64,000 bases of DNA, from contig SFCQ01000003.1 of assembly GCA_004558525.1 (NCBI GenBank), positions 61,038-125,037 of the forward strand. The letters run 5' to 3'. Positions within the stretch are counted from its first letter, which is position 1; each line of letters begins with the position of its first letter. Below are positions 47,302 through 56,708 of this stretch, in pieces. This DNA is from Clostridiales bacterium (lineage in GTDB: Bacteria > Bacillota > Clostridia > Christensenellales > CAG-138). Below the pieces are notes generated by a model. That model was not told where the DNA came from. It was given only the letters and a program-made list of their open reading frames with translations, and searched no databases. A program made the position numbers and the translations under genes.

Positions 47302-47983
47302 GGCTGAGCCTCCTTTCAAGCGCGTGTACGCCGCGGCCCAGTATAAACGTCAATATAAAATAGATTATGCCGACTATCAGCAGGCATTGCAGCGGTAAAA
47401 ATTCCTTGCCGTTTACGGTAAGATAGCTCGTCATCAAATCGCCCGCAAAAAACGTCGAGGCCAGCGACGTCTCTTTGATTATCGTTATAAACTCGTTGCC
47501 TAACGCAGGCAGTATATTCTTTACTGCCTGAGGCAGCACGACCTTTATCATAGCCTGCGCCTGCGTAAGGCCAAGGCTCCTTGCGGCCTCCGTCTGCCCC
47601 TTGTCAACGGCTTGTATGCCGGAACGTATCACCTCAGAAACATATGCCGAGCTGTTTATTATAAGCGCCACGGCCACGCTTGCATATGTGCTCAAGCCAA
47701 GGAACGGCAGCGCGAGCGGCACTATGAAATAGCCGACATATATCTGCAAAAGGCTCGGCGTGCCGCGGATAATTTCAACAAACGCGGTGATTATCCACCT
47801 TAAAAGCCTGCTCCTGCCCATTTTGCCAAAGGCCAAAAGCGTGCCGAATATGGTGCCGAAGAACACCGTTATTGCCGATAGCGAAAGCGTTACCGAAACG
47901 CCTTTTATAAGGAACACGTCCCAATAGCGCACAAGCACCTTAATAAATTTTTCAAAGAAATCAATAAAATCCAACTTTATACC
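47294..47983 (-). CDS. Amino acid ABC transporter permease
   Basis: ORF 47294..48097, with the TTG start at 47983 preferred (GGAGG 7 nt upstream). HisM/GlnP-type permease ([35 protein letters not shown]). Confidence 0.8.
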   Translation of the reverse strand, partial: GIKLDFIDFFEKFIKVLVRYWDVFLIKGVSVTLSLSAITVFFGTIFGTLLAFGKMGRSRLLRWIITAFVEIIRGTPSLLQIYVGYFIVPLALPFLGLSTYASVAVALIINSSAYVSEVIRSGIQAVDKGQTEAARSLGLTQAQAMIKVVLPQAVKNILPALGNEFITIIKETSLASTFFAGDLMTSYLTVNGKEFLPLQCLLIVGIIYFILTFILGRGVHALERRLSHD

Positions 47984-48115
47984 TCCGGAAAATGGGCGCC
48001 ATACCGGCTCAAGCCTCAAGCTTTTTGCCGTAGTCAGGCTGCTGCTATATCCGCACGGCTTGCCTCCCCCTGTAAGAGGAAGGCAAGCATTTTGCATTAT
48101 TGTCTTGCTTTGAGC

Positions 48116-48970
48116 TTACTCAGCCTTGCCATCGTCCCCATAGGAGATCTCTTTGGCCGTATCTATTCCGGCAAGAGCCTTGGCCTCCTCGTACCATCCG
48201 GAGTAAAGATCGTTAGCCATGCAATCGGCAAGTATCTCATTCACCTTTTTAAGCAGCTCTTCGTCCTTCTGGTTAAGCAGTATAACGTTGTTTTCATACT
48301 TGGGATCCACATCAAACTGGAAGCCGCTCTTTGCTATATCCTGATTGTTGGCTATTATAGCATCCGCATTGCCGTCAGCAACCGCTACGCCGTCCACCTT
48401 GCCTGTTTGCAGCGCGACCACCGCAACGTTTATATCCTTAAAAAGCTCTATGCTGGTATCGTCGGGCAGCGCCTCGTTGCAAAGCATCTCCTGAAGGCTT
48501 GCAGCCTGCGCGCCTATCTTAAGCCCAGCAAAATCCTCCGCCTTGCTGTACTGGCCGGCTTTATCTGCAGGGACGATTATCACCTGCTCAGTCTCGTTGT
48601 CGCCTGCAATGTAGTAATCCGATATTAGGTAGTTCTCGGCCCTGTCCTTGGTCCAGCTGAAGCCGGATATGCCAAGGTCAACAGTGCCCATCTGTACCGC
48701 CACCTGGCAGGCGTCAAAGCTCATCGGCTCTATTTCAAGCTTCATGTTGAGCTTTTCCGCTATGTGCTTGGCAAGCGTAACGTCAAAGCCAACAAACTGC
48801 TCCTGACCCTCCTTTGAGGTATCAACAAACTCCATTGGTGAAAAGTCCGGCGAAAGCGCTACCTTCAATACGGGCTGCTCGTCGTCGTTCGTCTTGTCAG
48901 CTTGCTTGGCGCAGGCAACTATGCTCAATACCATACACAGCGCAAGCGCGATCACCATCATCTTTTTCAT
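48116..48970 (-). CDS. Amino acid ABC transporter substrate-binding lipoprotein
   Basis: Trimmed to MKKMMVIALALCMVLSIVACAKQ (lipobox). Family-3 solute-binding fold. Confidence 0.85.
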   Translation of the reverse strand: MKKMMVIALALCMVLSIVACAKQADKTNDDEQPVLKVALSPDFSPMEFVDTSKEGQEQFVGFDVTLAKHIAEKLNMKLEIEPMSFDACQVAVQMGTVDLGISGFSWTKDRAENYLISDYYIAGDNETEQVIIVPADKAGQYSKAEDFAGLKIGAQAASLQEMLCNEALPDDTSIELFKDINVAVVALQTGKVDGVAVADGNADAIIANNQDIAKSGFQFDVDPKYENNVILLNQKDEELLKKVNEILADCMANDLYSGWYEEAKALAGIDTAKEISYGDDGKAE

Positions 48971-49179
48971 AGTATATATCCTCCTGTAAATTGAAGTCAT
49001 TTAGTATGACGGTATAATACTGCATAAAAATACCTTTGTCAACCCTGTTTTTAGAATATTTTTGCATTATTTGGGTTATTTTATGTATATTGATGTATAT
49101 ATGCAGCATCAGCGCGCAGGCATATGAAAACGGGACAGCAACTATCCGTACCGTCCCGCTGTTATAAAAGCACATTATC

Positions 49180-49446
49180 TCAATTCAGCTCTTTTTCGCG
49201 CTTAATAAAAAGCTGAAACACGGCTTCAAGCGTGTCCGCATCGTCTATGCCGCGAAGCTCCTCGTTTTCATCATCGCCTGCGGGCATAAGCTCAAGTATA
49301 ACAAGCTCGCTGTCCTCACCATCTTCTATTGGGCAGAGCACGGCGTATTCCTTGCCAAGATAAGGCACAACGTCCGCTATCTCATAGGCCTGCTCGTTGC
49401 CTTCGGAATCCTCAAGCGCTATAAGGTCGCTTTCTCTTTCTTCCAT
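49180..49446 (-). CDS. DUF1292-type small acidic protein
   Basis: 88 aa: LEDSEGNEQAYEIADVVPYLGKEYAVLCPIED. Confidence 0.7.
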   Translation of the reverse strand: MEERESDLIALEDSEGNEQAYEIADVVPYLGKEYAVLCPIEDGEDSELVILELMPAGDDENEELRGIDDADTLEAVFQLFIKREKELN

Positions 49447-49460
49447 GCTGTAAAGCTCCT

Positions 49461-50396
49461 TTACGCCTTGTTCTCGCAGCCAAGCACATGCTTTATCTTG
49501 TGCATTACCATCTGCTTTATGGCCTCGCGTCCCGGCTTAAGATACTGGCGCGGGTCAAAATGGTCCGGATATGTGTAAAGATGCTCCCTTACGCTTGCGG
49601 TCATGGCAAGCCTCAGGTCTGAATCTATGTTTATCTTGCATACCGCCATGCTCGCAGCCTTCCTGAGCATATCCTCAGGCACGCCGATAGCGTCCGGCAT
49701 GCTGCCGCCAAAGCGGTTTATCTTTTCAACAAATTCCGGAATGACGCTGCTCGCCCCGTGAAGCACTATCGGGAAGCCCGGCAGCCTGTTCTGTACCTCC
49801 TCAAGTATATCGAACCTGAGCTGCGGCTTTGTGCCGGGTTTGAACTTATATGCGCCGTGGCTTGTGCCTATGGCTATAGCCAGAGAATCAACGCCCGTGC
49901 GGTTAACAAAGTCGTACACCTGATCGGGATCGGTATAGCTGCCTTCCCCCATTGCCACCTTAACGTCATCCTCAACCCCTTCAAGCCTGCCAAGCTCGCC
50001 TTCCACGACAACGCCGTGGTCGTGCGCATACTCGACTACCCTACGCGTGAGCGCAACGTTTTCTTCATATTCGTGATGGCTGCCGTCTATCATGACCGAG
50101 GTGAAACCGCCGTCTATGCAGCTTTTGCAAAGCTCAAAGCTGTCGCCATGATCAAGATGCAGGCATATCGGCAGGCCGGTTTCTATAACAGCAGCTTCCA
50201 CAAGCTTCATAAGATAGGTATGGTTGGCATACTTGCGCGCCCCTGCGGAGACCTGAAGTATTAAAGGTGCGTTCAGCTCCTTTGCGCCTTCGGTAATGCC
50301 CTGAATTATCTCCATATTGTTCACATTGAACGCGCCAATGGCATACCCGCCCTCATAGGCTTTTTTGAACATATCGGTGCTTGTTACAAGCGGCAT
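49461..50396 (-). CDS. fba: Class II fructose-1,6-bisphosphate aldolase
   Basis: MPLVTSTDMFKKAYEGGYAIGAFNVNNMEI, LHLDHG, HGASS. Confidence 0.9.
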   Translation of the reverse strand: MPLVTSTDMFKKAYEGGYAIGAFNVNNMEIIQGITEGAKELNAPLILQVSAGARKYANHTYLMKLVEAAVIETGLPICLHLDHGDSFELCKSCIDGGFTSVMIDGSHHEYEENVALTRRVVEYAHDHGVVVEGELGRLEGVEDDVKVAMGEGSYTDPDQVYDFVNRTGVDSLAIAIGTSHGAYKFKPGTKPQLRFDILEEVQNRLPGFPIVLHGASSVIPEFVEKINRFGGSMPDAIGVPEDMLRKAASMAVCKINIDSDLRLAMTASVREHLYTYPDHFDPRQYLKPGREAIKQMVMHKIKHVLGCENKA

Positions 50397-50590
50397 AGCT
50401 CCCACTCCTTTACAATAAAATATTAGCTTCTTATTTTAATTATATCCCATTTTATTGGATATTCCAACGGTGTATTTGGCTATATGCCTTGCGTTCTATC
50501 TTTTATATAAAAGCGGGAACGGTATGCGCCGCCCCCGCTATAGTTATTATATTGAGTTATGCCTTATCACACAAACAGGCTTTATTAAGC

Positions 50591-51085
50591 TTACTCCTCC
50601 GGCTCGATAAGGCCGTAGTTGCCGTCCTTGCAGAAGGAGTGGCCCAGCATCTCAAGCTGAAGCATAGCCTCGTCGACCGTCATCGGCTTTATGTCAAAGC
50701 GCTTAAGCTTAACGACCCTTGCAGGCTCCTCGTCAAGCTCATCTTGTGTAAAAGCATCAGCATACACAGGCTCTGGCGCCTTAAATGCGCCGGCCCTGAG
50801 GCTCTTTTCAAGCTTGGTGCGGTGCTTTACTATCTGCTTTTCAAGCTTGCTAAGCACGTTGTCAACAGAGGCATACATATCGCCGCTGGTCTCTTCTCCC
50901 CTTATTATACCGCCTGCATAGGGTATAGTGACCTCAACTATATGGCGGTTTTTCTCCACCGCCAGGGTCACATGTGCTTCGGTATCCTCAGGAAAATACT
51001 TGTCCAGCTTGCCTACCTTCTTTTGAATGAGGCTCTCCAGGTAATCAGAGACTTCGATGTTTTTTCCAGTGATCGTGATTATCAT
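50591..51085 (-). CDS. hpf: Ribosome hibernation promoting factor (long form) with an apparent internal deletion in the C-terminal domain
   Basis: The N-terminal domain MIITITGKNIEVSDYLESLIQKKVGKLDKYF is typical. The C-terminus reads KPMTVDEAMLQLEMLGHSFCKDGNYGLIEPEE. Compared with B. subtilis [32 protein letters not shown], the FVF...VVYRR block is missing. Confidence 0.8.
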   Translation of the reverse strand: MIITITGKNIEVSDYLESLIQKKVGKLDKYFPEDTEAHVTLAVEKNRHIVEVTIPYAGGIIRGEETSGDMYASVDNVLSKLEKQIVKHRTKLEKSLRAGAFKAPEPVYADAFTQDELDEEPARVVKLKRFDIKPMTVDEAMLQLEMLGHSFCKDGNYGLIEPEE

Positions 51086-51164
51086 CTTTCATACCCCTTT
51101 CATGCGGCGCCTTATAAACGCCGCTAATATTCCTTTCTTGAAGTATACCACATTTTCCTGCTTG

Positions 51165-53882
51165 CTAATGTAATTTACGGGAGCTTTTTTGTGAACACTT
51201 AGCGTCACCTTTGCATTTTGAGCAGCCGCGCCCACATCCGCAGCCCTTCTTTTTGCGCCTGATCATGCACGTCACGCTGTATATCAGCATTATCGCCGCT
51301 ATCGCATAAAATATTACCGCCTTGTCAGTTTCCCCCGTGAACAGGCCTATTATGTTATACGCTAAAAGCGACATGACATAAGCTATGGCTATCTGATACG
51401 CCACTGCGAACGCCGTCCATTTGCGGCTGTGCATCTCCCTTCTTATCGTGGCCACGGCCGCCATGCAGGGAGTATACAAAAGCACGAACACAAGGAATGA
51501 GTATGCAGACGCAGGGGTAAATATACCGCTTAGCGCCTCCCTTACCACCTCTCCTCCGGCAGAGGCAGAAAAGCTTGCAAACATTGAAAGCGAGCTTACT
51601 ACGGCCTCCTTGGCGACGACGCCGGAAAGCAAAGCGACGCTCGCCTGCCATGAGCCGAAGCCGAGCGGCTTGAACACGGGCGCTATTACGGAGCCTGTTT
51701 TGCCGAGTATACTCACGGACGGGTCGCTTATGAAGTTCAGCGAAAAGTCAAAGCTTTGCAGGAACCACAGCACAACGCTCATGGCGAATATAATAGTGCC
51801 TGCTTTTTCAAGGAAGTGCGATACCCTTTCCCAAACATGGGTGGCAACGTTCCTTGCGGAAGGCAGCCTGTATGGCGGCAGCTCTATAACGAAAGGCGCT
51901 TCGCCTTTATCAAATGCGCTTTTTCTTAACATAAGGCCGGACAATATGCCAAGCGCAACGCCCATTGCATAAAGGCTGAGTATTATAAGTCCCCTGTGCT
52001 TTGTAAAGAATGCGCCCGCTATAAGCCCATATACGGGCAGCTTGGCGGAGCAGCTCATAAACGGCAGCAGCAGTATGGTCATGCGCCTGTCTCTGTCGTT
52101 ATCCATGGTTCTTGCGCCCATTGCGGCAGGAACGGTGCAGCCAAAGCCCATCAAAAGCGGAATAAAGCTTTTTCCGGAAAGGCCAAAGCGGCGCATGGGC
52201 TTATCCATTATAAATGCTATGCGGCTCATATATCCGCTGTCCTCAAGCAGGCTAAGGCATAAGAACAGCAGCGCTATCTGCGGCAAAAACGTAAGCACGC
52301 CGCCGACGCCCTTTATTATACCATCGCAAACAAGGCTTATGAACCAATCCATAGCGCCGGCTGAAACGAGCGCGTTCCTTACAAAAGGCGCTATCGTATC
52401 GTCTATAAGCCCGCCTGCAACGTCCGACAGCCATGCGCCCACGGTAGAAAACGTGAGCAGAAATATAACTCCCATTATTATCAAAAACAATGGTATCGCC
52501 AGCGCCTTATGCGTAAGTATGGCGTCTATCCTTGCGCTGCGCTCAACGCTTCCGGCTTTGTTGCCCCTGTGATAAGCTTTTTTAGCGACGCGCTCGATGT
52601 ATCTATACCTGCTGTCCGCAACCAGCGATTCACTGTCGCCCATAGGGTTGGCTGAAGCATATTCCCTTACTACTGCGTCAACCCTTTTGGCGTCCTCCTC
52701 GCTGAGCTTAAGGCTCTCTTTCACCCTTTCATCGGCTTCAAGCAGCTTTATCTCGCTCCAATGCAGCGGAAGCTTTGCCTTTTCTGCATAGCCGGCAATT
52801 ATCGCGCCTATTTTATGGTGCTCCTCATGCGTAAAATCATCGTACACATCGTCAGGCTCTATCAAAAAGCCCTCATGCAGTTGAGTATGCGCAGCCGCTA
52901 TAAGGTTCTGCAAGCCTGTAACAAGCTCGTCTATTCCCTCTCCAGTCCTTGCGCTTATAGGCACCACCGGTATGCCAAGCTCCATAGAAAGCTCCTTGCA
53001 GTCTATGCTGTCGCCCTGCTTCTCTACCTCGTCCATCATGTTAAGCGCAAGTATCATCGGCTTTTCAAGCTCGAGAAGCTGAATGGTAAGATAAAGGTTC
53101 CTTTCAAGGTTAGTCGCGTCAACTATGTTTATTATTGCGTCCGGATCTTCATTTATTATATAGTTTCTGGCGACTATCTCCTCCATAGAGTATGGTGAAA
53201 GCGAGTATATGCCAGGCAGATCTACCACCGTCATGTCGTGGCCCATGGTGCAAAGCCCGTCTCCGCTCTCCTTACACGGCTTCTGCTTTATTTTGCCTTC
53301 TTTTTTTTCTACCGTAACCCCGGGCCAGTTGCCTACATATTCTTTTGAGCCGGTCATTGCGTTAAAAAGCGTGGTTTTTCCGCAGTTGGGGTTGCCTGCA
53401 AGCGCAAGGCGCACCGGCTTATCGTCTTCAAATACTTCTTTTGGGCAATAGCCGCCGTTTTTTGTGGAGCAGAAGCTCTTTTCAAGTATAAACTCCGTAA
53501 GCTCGGCGGCCCTTGCATGCTCAACTATATCCGCGTCCCTTTTATCGCTGCCCTTGCTCCTTGCCTCGGCCGCCGCCTTCTCCCTAAGCTCTATGGCGCG
53601 CTCCATGTCCCTGTGCCACTTTTTATGATCCTCGGCGTTCATCAAAACAACGCTGTCCGCGTCCGCTTTTCTTAAGGACATGGTATAGCCCCTAAGCTCT
53701 ATTTCAACAGGGTCGCCCATAGGCGCCAGCTTTATCAGCTTTATCTCAGTGCCAGGCGTTATTCCCATATCGACTATATGCCTTCTCATGCGCCTGTCGC
53801 CGGATGTCACGGCGTACACATGCCCCTTTTCGCCGCACTTAAGCTCGGAAAGTCTCTTCCTCTCCTCCATCTTCTGTTCCAT
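51165..53882 (-). CDS. feoB: Fused FeoA-FeoB ferrous iron transporter with a C-terminal Cys-rich tail
   Basis: 905 aa. FeoA domain (GHVYAVTSGDRRMRRHIVDMGITPGTEIKLIKLAPMGDPVEIEL), a charged linker, G domain GNPNCGKTTLFN...VDLPGIYSL, a polytopic membrane domain, and the tail RRKKKGCGCGRGCSKCKGDAKC. Confidence 0.9.
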   Translation of the reverse strand: MEQKMEERKRLSELKCGEKGHVYAVTSGDRRMRRHIVDMGITPGTEIKLIKLAPMGDPVEIELRGYTMSLRKADADSVVLMNAEDHKKWHRDMERAIELREKAAAEARSKGSDKRDADIVEHARAAELTEFILEKSFCSTKNGGYCPKEVFEDDKPVRLALAGNPNCGKTTLFNAMTGSKEYVGNWPGVTVEKKEGKIKQKPCKESGDGLCTMGHDMTVVDLPGIYSLSPYSMEEIVARNYIINEDPDAIINIVDATNLERNLYLTIQLLELEKPMILALNMMDEVEKQGDSIDCKELSMELGIPVVPISARTGEGIDELVTGLQNLIAAAHTQLHEGFLIEPDDVYDDFTHEEHHKIGAIIAGYAEKAKLPLHWSEIKLLEADERVKESLKLSEEDAKRVDAVVREYASANPMGDSESLVADSRYRYIERVAKKAYHRGNKAGSVERSARIDAILTHKALAIPLFLIIMGVIFLLTFSTVGAWLSDVAGGLIDDTIAPFVRNALVSAGAMDWFISLVCDGIIKGVGGVLTFLPQIALLFLCLSLLEDSGYMSRIAFIMDKPMRRFGLSGKSFIPLLMGFGCTVPAAMGARTMDNDRDRRMTILLLPFMSCSAKLPVYGLIAGAFFTKHRGLIILSLYAMGVALGILSGLMLRKSAFDKGEAPFVIELPPYRLPSARNVATHVWERVSHFLEKAGTIIFAMSVVLWFLQSFDFSLNFISDPSVSILGKTGSVIAPVFKPLGFGSWQASVALLSGVVAKEAVVSSLSMFASFSASAGGEVVREALSGIFTPASAYSFLVFVLLYTPCMAAVATIRREMHSRKWTAFAVAYQIAIAYVMSLLAYNIIGLFTGETDKAVIFYAIAAIMLIYSVTCMIRRKKKGCGCGRGCSKCKGDAKCSQKSSRKLH

Positions 53883-53894
53883 ATGGCCTCCTCA

Positions 53895-53910
53895 GTTAGA
53901 TACACCTAAC
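53895..53910. promoter_or_regulatory. DtxR/IdeR-type operator-like box in the feoAB leader
   Basis: GTTAGATACACCTAAC lies directly upstream of RBS GAGGAGG. The surrounding TCTAACTGAG...GGAGG context is shared with box 1 at 11101. Confidence 0.45.
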
Positions 53911-54028
53911 GCATGATGCTATTTTATATCCGGCAAACGCCGCTGTCAATGGCAATTACATAGGATATGTGTTATCATTATATAAGTATTATGCTGATTT
54001 AAGCACCAACGGGAGGTTAGTGAAATAT

Positions 54029-54877
54029 ATGAAGCCTGTTACAGTAGACGCTTTCTCGCCCGTGCCGTATGGCGGGAATCCGGCGGGAGTAGCCGTTTAT
54101 GAGCATGCGTTGCCAAGCGAGGCCGAAATGCGCTCAATTGCCCACGAAATGGGGTACAGCGAAACGGCCTTCGTGCTGCCGCTAAGCAAGACAAGATTCT
54201 TGATACGCTATTTTACCCCCGTTGAAGAGGTTCCTCTTTGCGGCCACGCCACCATAGGCACATTTGCATATCTGTTAAGCATAGGCATGATAGCTGACGA
54301 TTCGTCGCTTATAGCCGAAACAAAGGCCGGCGATATAGGCGTTATAATAGAAAACTCGCTTATATGGCTGGATATGGCTAAGCCCAAGGAGCTAAAATAC
54401 CTTAGCGATGCCGATTCAAATGAGCTTTTGAACTGCTTCGGCTTTGATAAGCCTGCTTCTTCATGCTTTGGCGCGCTTTGTCCGGCAATATCCGATACAG
54501 GACTTGCGGACATCATGCTGCCCTTAGCGTCACAGGCGCTGTTGAACGGCTTAAAGCCTGACATGGCAAGGATAGCCGCGCTTTCAAAAAGGCTTTGCGT
54601 AACAGGAGTACATGCGTTTGTTAACGCTGAGGACGCCATACACTGCCGCAACTTTGCCCCGCTTTACGGCATAGATGAAGAAGCCGCAACCGGCACATCG
54701 AACGGCGCGCTGACATATTATCTGTATAAAAACAGGCTCATTGAGCCTGACAGGATCAATTTATTCATACAGGGAGAGGCTATGAACAGGCCGTCGCGCA
54801 TATATTCGCGTTTGAGCATGGATGAAACCTCTGATATACTTATACGGATAGGCGGAAATGGAGCCGTAAGGGAATAG
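54029..54877 (+). CDS. PhzF-family isomerase-like protein
   Basis: Trimmed to MKPVTVDAFSPVPYGGNPAGVAVYEH. Also SETAFV and CGHATIGT, typical PhzF-fold motifs. Confidence 0.75.
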   Translation: MKPVTVDAFSPVPYGGNPAGVAVYEHALPSEAEMRSIAHEMGYSETAFVLPLSKTRFLIRYFTPVEEVPLCGHATIGTFAYLLSIGMIADDSSLIAETKAGDIGVIIENSLIWLDMAKPKELKYLSDADSNELLNCFGFDKPASSCFGALCPAISDTGLADIMLPLASQALLNGLKPDMARIAALSKRLCVTGVHAFVNAEDAIHCRNFAPLYGIDEEAATGTSNGALTYYLYKNRLIEPDRINLFIQGEAMNRPSRIYSRLSMDETSDILIRIGGNGAVRE

Positions 54878-54886
54878 GAGGGCATC

Positions 54887-55495
54887 ATGCAGACGCAGAC
54901 TACACTTCCGGAAGGTTATACCGAGCTTTTTAAGCTTAATCTTCAAAAGGATAAAAAGCTTGCAATTCTTGTGAACTGCATAGCCGTGCTGATAATGGCG
55001 GCAATGTTCGTTACAGGCGCGCTCATCGTGCCGCTAAAGGCCGCGCTGCCCGCCCTTGAAACTGCTGATACTGTATATGTGCCGCTGATACAGCTTATGT
55101 TAAAGCTTATAGTCACGCTGTTCGGCTGCATATTATACATTGTGCTGCATGAGCTTGTACACGGCATATTCATGAAGCATTTCAGCGGCGTAAAGCCGAG
55201 CTACGGCTTCACCGGACTATACGCCTACGCAGGCAGCTCCGCTTATTTTGACAAAAAAAGCTATGTCATAATAACCCTTGCGCCCATAGTAATATGGGGC
55301 ATAGCGCTTATGATACTTACGATATTGGCGCCGAGGGAATGGTTCTGGGTGGTCTATTTTATACAGATAACCAACATATCCGGCGCCGCCGGCGACCTTT
55401 ATATAACGTTCCGCTTCCGCAAGCTGCCCAACGATATACTTATAAACGACACAGGCGTTGAGATGCGCGTATACGGCAACAAAAAAATGAGCTAA
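54887..55495 (+). CDS. DUF3267-type putative membrane zincin
   Basis: 202 aa with TM segments and LHELVHGIFMKH (HExxH). Confidence 0.65.
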   Translation: MQTQTTLPEGYTELFKLNLQKDKKLAILVNCIAVLIMAAMFVTGALIVPLKAALPALETADTVYVPLIQLMLKLIVTLFGCILYIVLHELVHGIFMKHFSGVKPSYGFTGLYAYAGSSAYFDKKSYVIITLAPIVIWGIALMILTILAPREWFWVVYFIQITNISGAAGDLYITFRFRKLPNDILINDTGVEMRVYGNKKMS

Positions 55496-55549
55496 GCGCA
55501 TACACAAAGCAGCCGTTGAGTTGCGGCTGCTCAGGCTTTATAAACTAAT

Positions 55550-55586
55550 GGTTGATAAGGGGCGGCAGCCCCTTAAGCTTTATTCC
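55550..55586 (+). repeat. Repeat family fragment F (5' hairpin module only)
   Basis: GGTTGATAAGGGGCGGCAGCCCCTTAAGCTTTATTCC matches the 5' part of copies A, C and D. It overlaps the stop codon and last codons of meaB. Confidence 0.7.
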
Positions 55587-56704
55587 CTTATTGCGCTTTC
55601 TATGGTGTCTATAAGCTGCTTGGCGGCAAGCGTGGGCGGCATTTCCCCGCTCATAACATGTACGCTCAGTTGCTCCATGCATGCTTGCACCTTGGGGTTA
55701 GAGTATATCATGGTGCGTATATAATCGTCCGTCATGCTCTTTACCCATTCCATGGTCTGCTGGCCGCGCCTGCTTTCAAGTACGCCCGTGCGCTTGGTCT
55801 GCTTAATAAAGCCAAGTATAACGTTCCATATGCCGTCAACGCCTTCTCCCGTAATGGCGGAGCATGTGTATGCGCCGGTCGTCCAGCCCTCTGTGGCCGG
55901 TCTTAAGTACCTGAGCACCTGCTCATATTCCGCCCTTGCAGCCTGCGCGCGCTGTTTGTTGTCGCCATCCGCCTTGTTGACAAGTATAGCGTCCGCCGTT
56001 TCTATAACGCCCTTCTTTATGCCCTGCAGGTCGTCTCCGGCTCCGGCTATGGTTATAACTAAGAAAAAGTCCACCATCGCCCTTACCGAGGTCTCGTTTT
56101 GGCCCACGCCCACGGTCTCTACCAATATGGTATCGAAGCCCGCAGCCTCGCAAAGCAGCATGGTCTCCCTGCTCTTCCTCGTTACGCCGCCAAGCGTACC
56201 GCCTGAAGGCGATGGCCTTATAAAAGCCTCGGGCCGCCTTGCAAGCTTTTCCATCCTTGTTTTGTCGCCCAGTATGCTGCCCCTTGATATGGCGCTTGTG
56301 GGATCAACCGCCAGCACGGCAACCCTCCTGCCCCTATCGCAAAGCATGTTGCCAAAGCACTCTATAAACGTGCTTTTGCCCGCCCCTGGTACGCCCGTTA
56401 TGCCAACGCGCACGGAATTGCCCGTGTGCGGTAGTATCCTTCTGATTATTTCCTGACCAAGCTTAAAATGCTTTTCGGAATTGCTTTCCACAACCGTTAT
56501 GGCCTGCGCAAGTATGCGCCTGTCGCCCCTAAGCACGCCTTCAACGTACTCGTCAACGCTGATTTCTCTGCGTTTGAAGCTGCGGGGCGCCGCCACAGGC
56601 GCCCCGCAGTCCTCCACGCCCGGCATAACGCTGGAGGCAAACTCGCTCCCCGCGTTATCCGGCGTCCATTCGGGTTTATAATTCTCGCTTTTCTTTTCAG
56701 CCAT
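55580..56704 (-). CDS. meaB: Methylmalonyl-CoA mutase-associated GTPase MeaB/ArgK
   Basis: ORF 55580..56731 (TTG), with ATG 56704 (MAEKKSENYK) preferred. Has the P-loop GVPGAGKST and ETVGVGQ. Confidence 0.85.
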   Translation of the reverse strand: MAEKKSENYKPEWTPDNAGSEFASSVMPGVEDCGAPVAAPRSFKRREISVDEYVEGVLRGDRRILAQAITVVESNSEKHFKLGQEIIRRILPHTGNSVRVGITGVPGAGKSTFIECFGNMLCDRGRRVAVLAVDPTSAISRGSILGDKTRMEKLARRPEAFIRPSPSGGTLGGVTRKSRETMLLCEAAGFDTILVETVGVGQNETSVRAMVDFFLVITIAGAGDDLQGIKKGVIETADAILVNKADGDNKQRAQAARAEYEQVLRYLRPATEGWTTGAYTCSAITGEGVDGIWNVILGFIKQTKRTGVLESRRGQQTMEWVKSMTDDYIRTMIYSNPKVQACMEQLSVHVMSGEMPPTLAAKQLIDTIESAIRE

Positions 56705-56708
56705 TTCT

